DNA of 64,000 bases from an uncultured Acidobacteriaceae bacterium (GTDB lineage: Bacteria; Acidobacteriota; Terriglobia; Terriglobales; Acidobacteriaceae): NCBI GenBank assembly GCA_963699405.1, contig CAVOTW010000031.1:146571-210570 (forward strand), read 5' to 3'. Positions 60,760 to 64,000 of the stretch are shown in pieces (the stretch's first letter is position 1; every line of letters starts with the position of its first letter). Below the pieces are notes generated by a model, which was not told the origin of the DNA, ran no database searches, and saw only the letters and a list, made by a program, of their open reading frames with translations. A program made the translations under genes and the position numbers.

Positions 60760-61839
60760 ATGCTATCATGGGTTTTTAACGCGTCTTTTCTCCGCATTTT
60801 GGGGCCTGGGGGACTGAGAGTGCTGAGGTCTAAATCCAAGCGCTGGTTTAAGAAAGCGCTGGTCCGCAGTAACATTCTCCGGGCGGCTAGCCGCCTTTCG
60901 AGTCCCACCGCCGTCATTCTGTCGTACCACTCCATTGTTGAAGACACGCAGACTACCGACCACATTCTGGGAATTTCTCGCGACCGCGCCAGCTTCGAGG
61001 CGCACATGGAGACCTTGGCCAGGAAATTTTCCCCTGTAACCGTCGAGGCCGTTGCCCAATTTGCCAAGTGCGGCCAGAAGCTTCCGCCCCACGCGGTGGC
61101 TGTGACCTTTGACGACGGTTTTGCCGACAACTACGAAGTAGCGCTGCCTATTCTCAGTCGCTACGGCATCCCCGCAACTTTCTACATTATGGTCGATGCC
61201 GTCGAAAACGGAATGTTACCGTGGTACTGTCGGCTTCGTTTCGCGTTTAACACGACCAAAAAGCGCGAGTGGAGCGACCCGGAACGAAACCAAACGTACC
61301 CTCTGGCTTCGCCTGAGCAGCGCAAGACGGCGCTGACTGCGGCTTGGGAGATCGGCGCCAGATTGACGGGAGCTGTGCAGCAGGAATTTATTGGCCGCGT
61401 CGAAAAGGCGCTGGAGATTGACCCGGCCTTCGTCAACGCCCACGCTCCCCACGGATTCATGCTGGACTGGGAACAGGTTCGAGGCTTGAAAAAGGCGGGG
61501 CATACGATTGGGGCGCATACGCTTTCGCATCCCAATGTTGCGCAGGTCAGTGCCAGCGAAGCGCGCTCGGAGATTGCCGGCTCCAAGAAGAGGCTCGAGC
61601 AGGAAATCGGCGAACCCATCGAACATTTTTCCTATCCGCATCCGGCGCTCAATCCGCAGTGGTCGAAGCAGACGCTGGAGATTACGCGGGAAGCGGGATT
61701 CAAGTCGGCTGCGTTGACTACTTGCGGGCCGGTGCGCAAGGGAGACGAGCCGCTCGCGCTCAAACGGATCTACACTCCTGCGGATTTGAATCAATTCACC
61801 TGGAATTTGCAGTGTACTTTTCTGGGGCGATCGGTCTAG
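60760..61839 (+). CDS. Polysaccharide deacetylase (CE4/NodB homology)
   Basis: AVTFDDGFADNYEVALPILSRYGIPATFYI (the TFDDG motif), GHTIGAHTLSHP and FSYPH. Start at ATG 60760 inside ORF 60418-61839, because the upstream part overlaps the methyltransferase on the other strand. Confidence 0.8.
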   Translation: MLSWVFNASFLRILGPGGLRVLRSKSKRWFKKALVRSNILRAASRLSSPTAVILSYHSIVEDTQTTDHILGISRDRASFEAHMETLARKFSPVTVEAVAQFAKCGQKLPPHAVAVTFDDGFADNYEVALPILSRYGIPATFYIMVDAVENGMLPWYCRLRFAFNTTKKREWSDPERNQTYPLASPEQRKTALTAAWEIGARLTGAVQQEFIGRVEKALEIDPAFVNAHAPHGFMLDWEQVRGLKKAGHTIGAHTLSHPNVAQVSASEARSEIAGSKKRLEQEIGEPIEHFSYPHPALNPQWSKQTLEITREAGFKSAALTTCGPVRKGDEPLALKRIYTPADLNQFTWNLQCTFLGRSV

Positions 61840-61967
61840 TTGGGCGTAGACCTTTGGCGAGGGCCGAAGGTGAGAGGGATTTTGGTGCCTCCAATTCGGC
61901 TGGTGTGACGCCTGATTCGAACAGTTGTATGGAAACCCGGTCGCTGTGCGAGCATAATTTCAACAAC

Positions 61968-63317
61968 ATGCTTCGATATGCGCCATTGGTCCTCGCCGTT
62001 GCGCTTGCGGCTCCCGTTTCAGTGCGTGCTGCGAACGCTACCGTCCGTCAGATCGAAATCAAATCTTCGTGGGGTGGGTTAGGGAAGCCGCAGCAGACAG
62101 CGTTAGTGATCAAAAACGATGGAAAAGGCTATAGGCTCGGTCGCAAGCGAATACAGGCAGTCTCCGTCGATGCTCTAGTTGAGGCCATCGAGCAGCCTGT
62201 GATTACGAAGCCCACCCTTGAGGGGCTGGGATTGACGAAAGCGTGGCTCCAAGAACGGGTGACGGGCATTCCCAAGAAATCCTCATGGTGGAAACTCAAG
62301 AGCGGCACCGCGAAACAGAGCGCGCTGTTCGAAAACTCATTTACTGACACCGAGTTCGTCAGCAAGGTTCTACCCAGTCTCTTTAACTTTTCCGGCAGCG
62401 ACGACTATCCGTCAGTGGAAGTCACGCTAATTCGTGACGATGGCTCACGGGTCACTGTCTCCTCTGATTCCCAGTGTTCATTCATGTTGCCGTGGAACAT
62501 CTCTGCCAACGGGGCCACATCCAGCACCTTCAATTCACAAATCTCGGCGGCTGTTGCCGCCCTGATGCCCGAGAAGGCCACAAACAAAAATCGGCTCGAT
62601 GGCAGGAGTTTTGACGTTGACCTTGCCGAAGCGGTTATGAAGAACGTTGAAACTGATTGGAACCTGTTGGGAGTGGAGGACAAGGCCGCAACGACTCTCG
62701 TAATTCTGCGAACTGAATACGCAGTAAAGAGTGTTGACATAAACCCCTACCACGACGTTTCCTTTGGAACGAAATGGAACAAGGGAAAAGGTGAAGAGGA
62801 AAACCTACACGCCACGCTAACACGAGGTGATTTTCCGAAGAACTTCTACGACACGGTGATTCTCCTCTACAAAGACGGCAAGGTCTCCGGTGTGGAAGCA
62901 TTCCTTCACGATGCTAAGCACGATGAAGACCTCGTGCTGTCGGTTCCTTGGCTTGCCCATCTGTTTGCGAAATCTCCTAAGTACCCGGGAATCTCTCTGC
63001 TCTGGGTGCACGACCAATCTTTCAGCAATAAAGCTATGGGGAACTTTGCCGCAGACATGCACGCACTGGGGAAGGATGGTTTGGCTGAAGAGGTTCGCCG
63101 GGTTCAGCACGATGTCGCACTTCTCAATGTTAACTACGGCGACTACTGGCTTGTCTTGCCGGATCGGCGCATGATTCTCTGGCGGTACCAGTCAGTCATG
63201 GGGCTTTTGGGATGGGCGAAGTCTGACTTTGCGGTTCGGGAGTGCACCGACTACCAAGGCGTGACCGGCGGGTGCGTAGGAGCAGTCGTCTCACCGGATG
63301 GCGGATTGGTTAGGTGA
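61968..63317 (+). CDS. Secreted hypothetical protein
   Basis: Signal peptide MLRYAPLVLAVALAAPVSVRAANA (ATG 61968; ATG 61929 is the alternative). No motif recognised. Confidence 0.5.
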   Translation: MLRYAPLVLAVALAAPVSVRAANATVRQIEIKSSWGGLGKPQQTALVIKNDGKGYRLGRKRIQAVSVDALVEAIEQPVITKPTLEGLGLTKAWLQERVTGIPKKSSWWKLKSGTAKQSALFENSFTDTEFVSKVLPSLFNFSGSDDYPSVEVTLIRDDGSRVTVSSDSQCSFMLPWNISANGATSSTFNSQISAAVAALMPEKATNKNRLDGRSFDVDLAEAVMKNVETDWNLLGVEDKAATTLVILRTEYAVKSVDINPYHDVSFGTKWNKGKGEEENLHATLTRGDFPKNFYDTVILLYKDGKVSGVEAFLHDAKHDEDLVLSVPWLAHLFAKSPKYPGISLLWVHDQSFSNKAMGNFAADMHALGKDGLAEEVRRVQHDVALLNVNYGDYWLVLPDRRMILWRYQSVMGLLGWAKSDFAVRECTDYQGVTGGCVGAVVSPDGGLVR

Positions 63318-63385
63318 TGGTTGGCGAGAAGTCGCGATAAAGCCCATCGACCCCACCAACAAAGGAGCCACGTCGCCTGTGAGGT

Positions 63386-63469
63386 TGGTGCCCGGAACAG
63401 GACTTGAACCGACCCAGAACTGTTCCTCGGGTGGAAAAACTTTATCCACTTTTGCCACGGCACTCGGGC
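63386..63469 (-). other. Degenerate tRNA-like element (intact 3' T-loop/acceptor/CCA; no canonical cloverleaf)
   Basis: The revcomp of 63386-63410 is GGTTCAAGTCCTGTTCCGGGCACCA, i.e. T-loop TTCAAGT, 3' acceptor strand, discriminator A and CCA. The 5' end GCCCGAG (63469-63463) pairs with it for only 5 bp. I could not draw a proper D arm or a 7-nt anticodon loop. Confidence 0.3.
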
Positions 63470-63654
63470 CTGACGAAGCTGCGCTTCGCAATGATACCTG
63501 TAACCTATTGCAAATAATGATGTTATACTGGTCCCTGAAGGCCGCGAACCCGTCCAATGGAAAGCGACTTGCACTCCACTCCGGGGGCGAACCTCGCCAG
63601 CAAGATTCCCTAATAGTATTGGCAAGTGGTTGACCTTGAGCGACTGGGAGACCG

Positions 63655-64000
63655 ATGAAGCTTCACCAGATTGATTCGAAAACAGCCGACTGGAAGCTCC
63701 TGGACAGCTTCGAAGATCGCACCGTCTTTCAGACGCGTGCGTGGCTGCAATTTGTCGCCGAGGCGCAGGGCGCTACTCCGGTGCTGGCGGAGGCGCGCGA
63801 GGGAAGCGATGTCGCCGGATACTTTACCGGGCTGACGTTTTCGAAGTTCGGCATGAAGGTGCTGGGCAGTTCTTTTCCCGGCTGGACTACTCCTTACATG
63901 GGGTTCAATCTGAAGCCCGGAGCGTCTCGCCGCGCGGCACTCGAAGCGCTGGAGAAATTTGCCTGGGATCAATTGAAATGTCTGCATCTGGAAGTCTCCG
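63655..64000 (+). CDS. FemAB-family (GNAT-fold) PEP-CTERM-locus-associated protein, 5' part (runs off the window end)
   Basis: Own translation from ATG 63655: MKLHQIDSKTADWKLLDSFEDRTVFQTRAWLQFVAEAQGATPVLAEAREGSDVAGYFTGLTFSKFGMKVLGSSFPGWTTPYMGFNL... It is open to the window end. FQTRAWL...GYF is the pattern of FemAB-like EPS-locus proteins. Confidence 0.55.
   Translation, partial: MKLHQIDSKTADWKLLDSFEDRTVFQTRAWLQFVAEAQGATPVLAEAREGSDVAGYFTGLTFSKFGMKVLGSSFPGWTTPYMGFNLKPGASRRAALEALEKFAWDQLKCLHLEVS

Noticed and set aside
63386-63469. Calling this element selC (tRNA-Sec) or a functional tRNA-Leu.
   Set aside because: tRNA-Sec was tempting because the window has a selenoprotein gene. However, there is no UCA anticodon in a 7-nt loop, no 8+5 acceptor/T geometry, the T stem does not pair as written, and the D arm cannot be drawn. 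It is kept only as a tRNA-like element.
1-64000. Mobile elements, prophage, defence islands, and rRNA or canonical tRNA genes.
   Set aside because: I found no transposase, integrase, phage structural, restriction-modification, toxin-antitoxin or cas-like ORFs, and no rRNA-like sequence. The paralog families are ordinary gene duplications without terminal inverted repeats.

Overview
GC-rich (about 58-60% by eye) bacterial chromosomal segment. The gene content looks Acidobacteriota-like, but that is an inference from gene families, not a search result. Left end (1-5.5 kb): a divergent fdhE-like gene and a periplasmic formate dehydrogenase operon, fdnG-fdnH-fdnI. fdnG has an in-frame UGA selenocysteine codon followed by a SECIS-like hairpin. 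5.8-17 kb: mixed genes, namely a GT2, a secreted Ig-like/esterase protein, a CPBP protease, secreted beta-rich proteins, and one 870-codon ORF that joins an MthK-like K+ channel/RCK to the NAD(P)H-hydrate repair enzyme Nnr. From about 17.0 kb to the window end: one very large exopolysaccharide (EPS) locus of the exosortase (XrtA)/PEP-CTERM type. Its core comprises an exosortase-EpsI fusion, a Wza-like exporter, an outer-membrane barrel, a chain-length determinant, an ExeA-like ATPase, a tyrosine-kinase-like ATPase, a priming sugar transferase, GT2/GT4 enzymes, an O-antigen-ligase-like protein, an AsnB-like amidotransferase, a polysaccharide deacetylase and a FemAB-like gene. Unusual modules are embedded in this core: four sulfotransferases; a Dlt-like carrier-protein acylation set (DltC/DltA/DltB-MBOAT plus two DltD-like SGNH proteins); two methyltransferases; and repeated secreted hydrolase paralogs (four PHB-depolymerase-family esterases, two PLC/AcpA-type phosphoesterases, an MBL hydrolase and beta-propellers). 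At least 30 reading-frame breaks interrupt otherwise well-conserved genes, and they are strongly clustered: many genes are hit repeatedly while long neighbours are intact. I cannot tell from sequence alone whether these are assembly indels or real gene decay. Affected genes are given as full-span pseudogenes with the break positions. I saw no rRNA, CRISPR array, transposase or integrase. One degenerate tRNA-like element lies near the right end.
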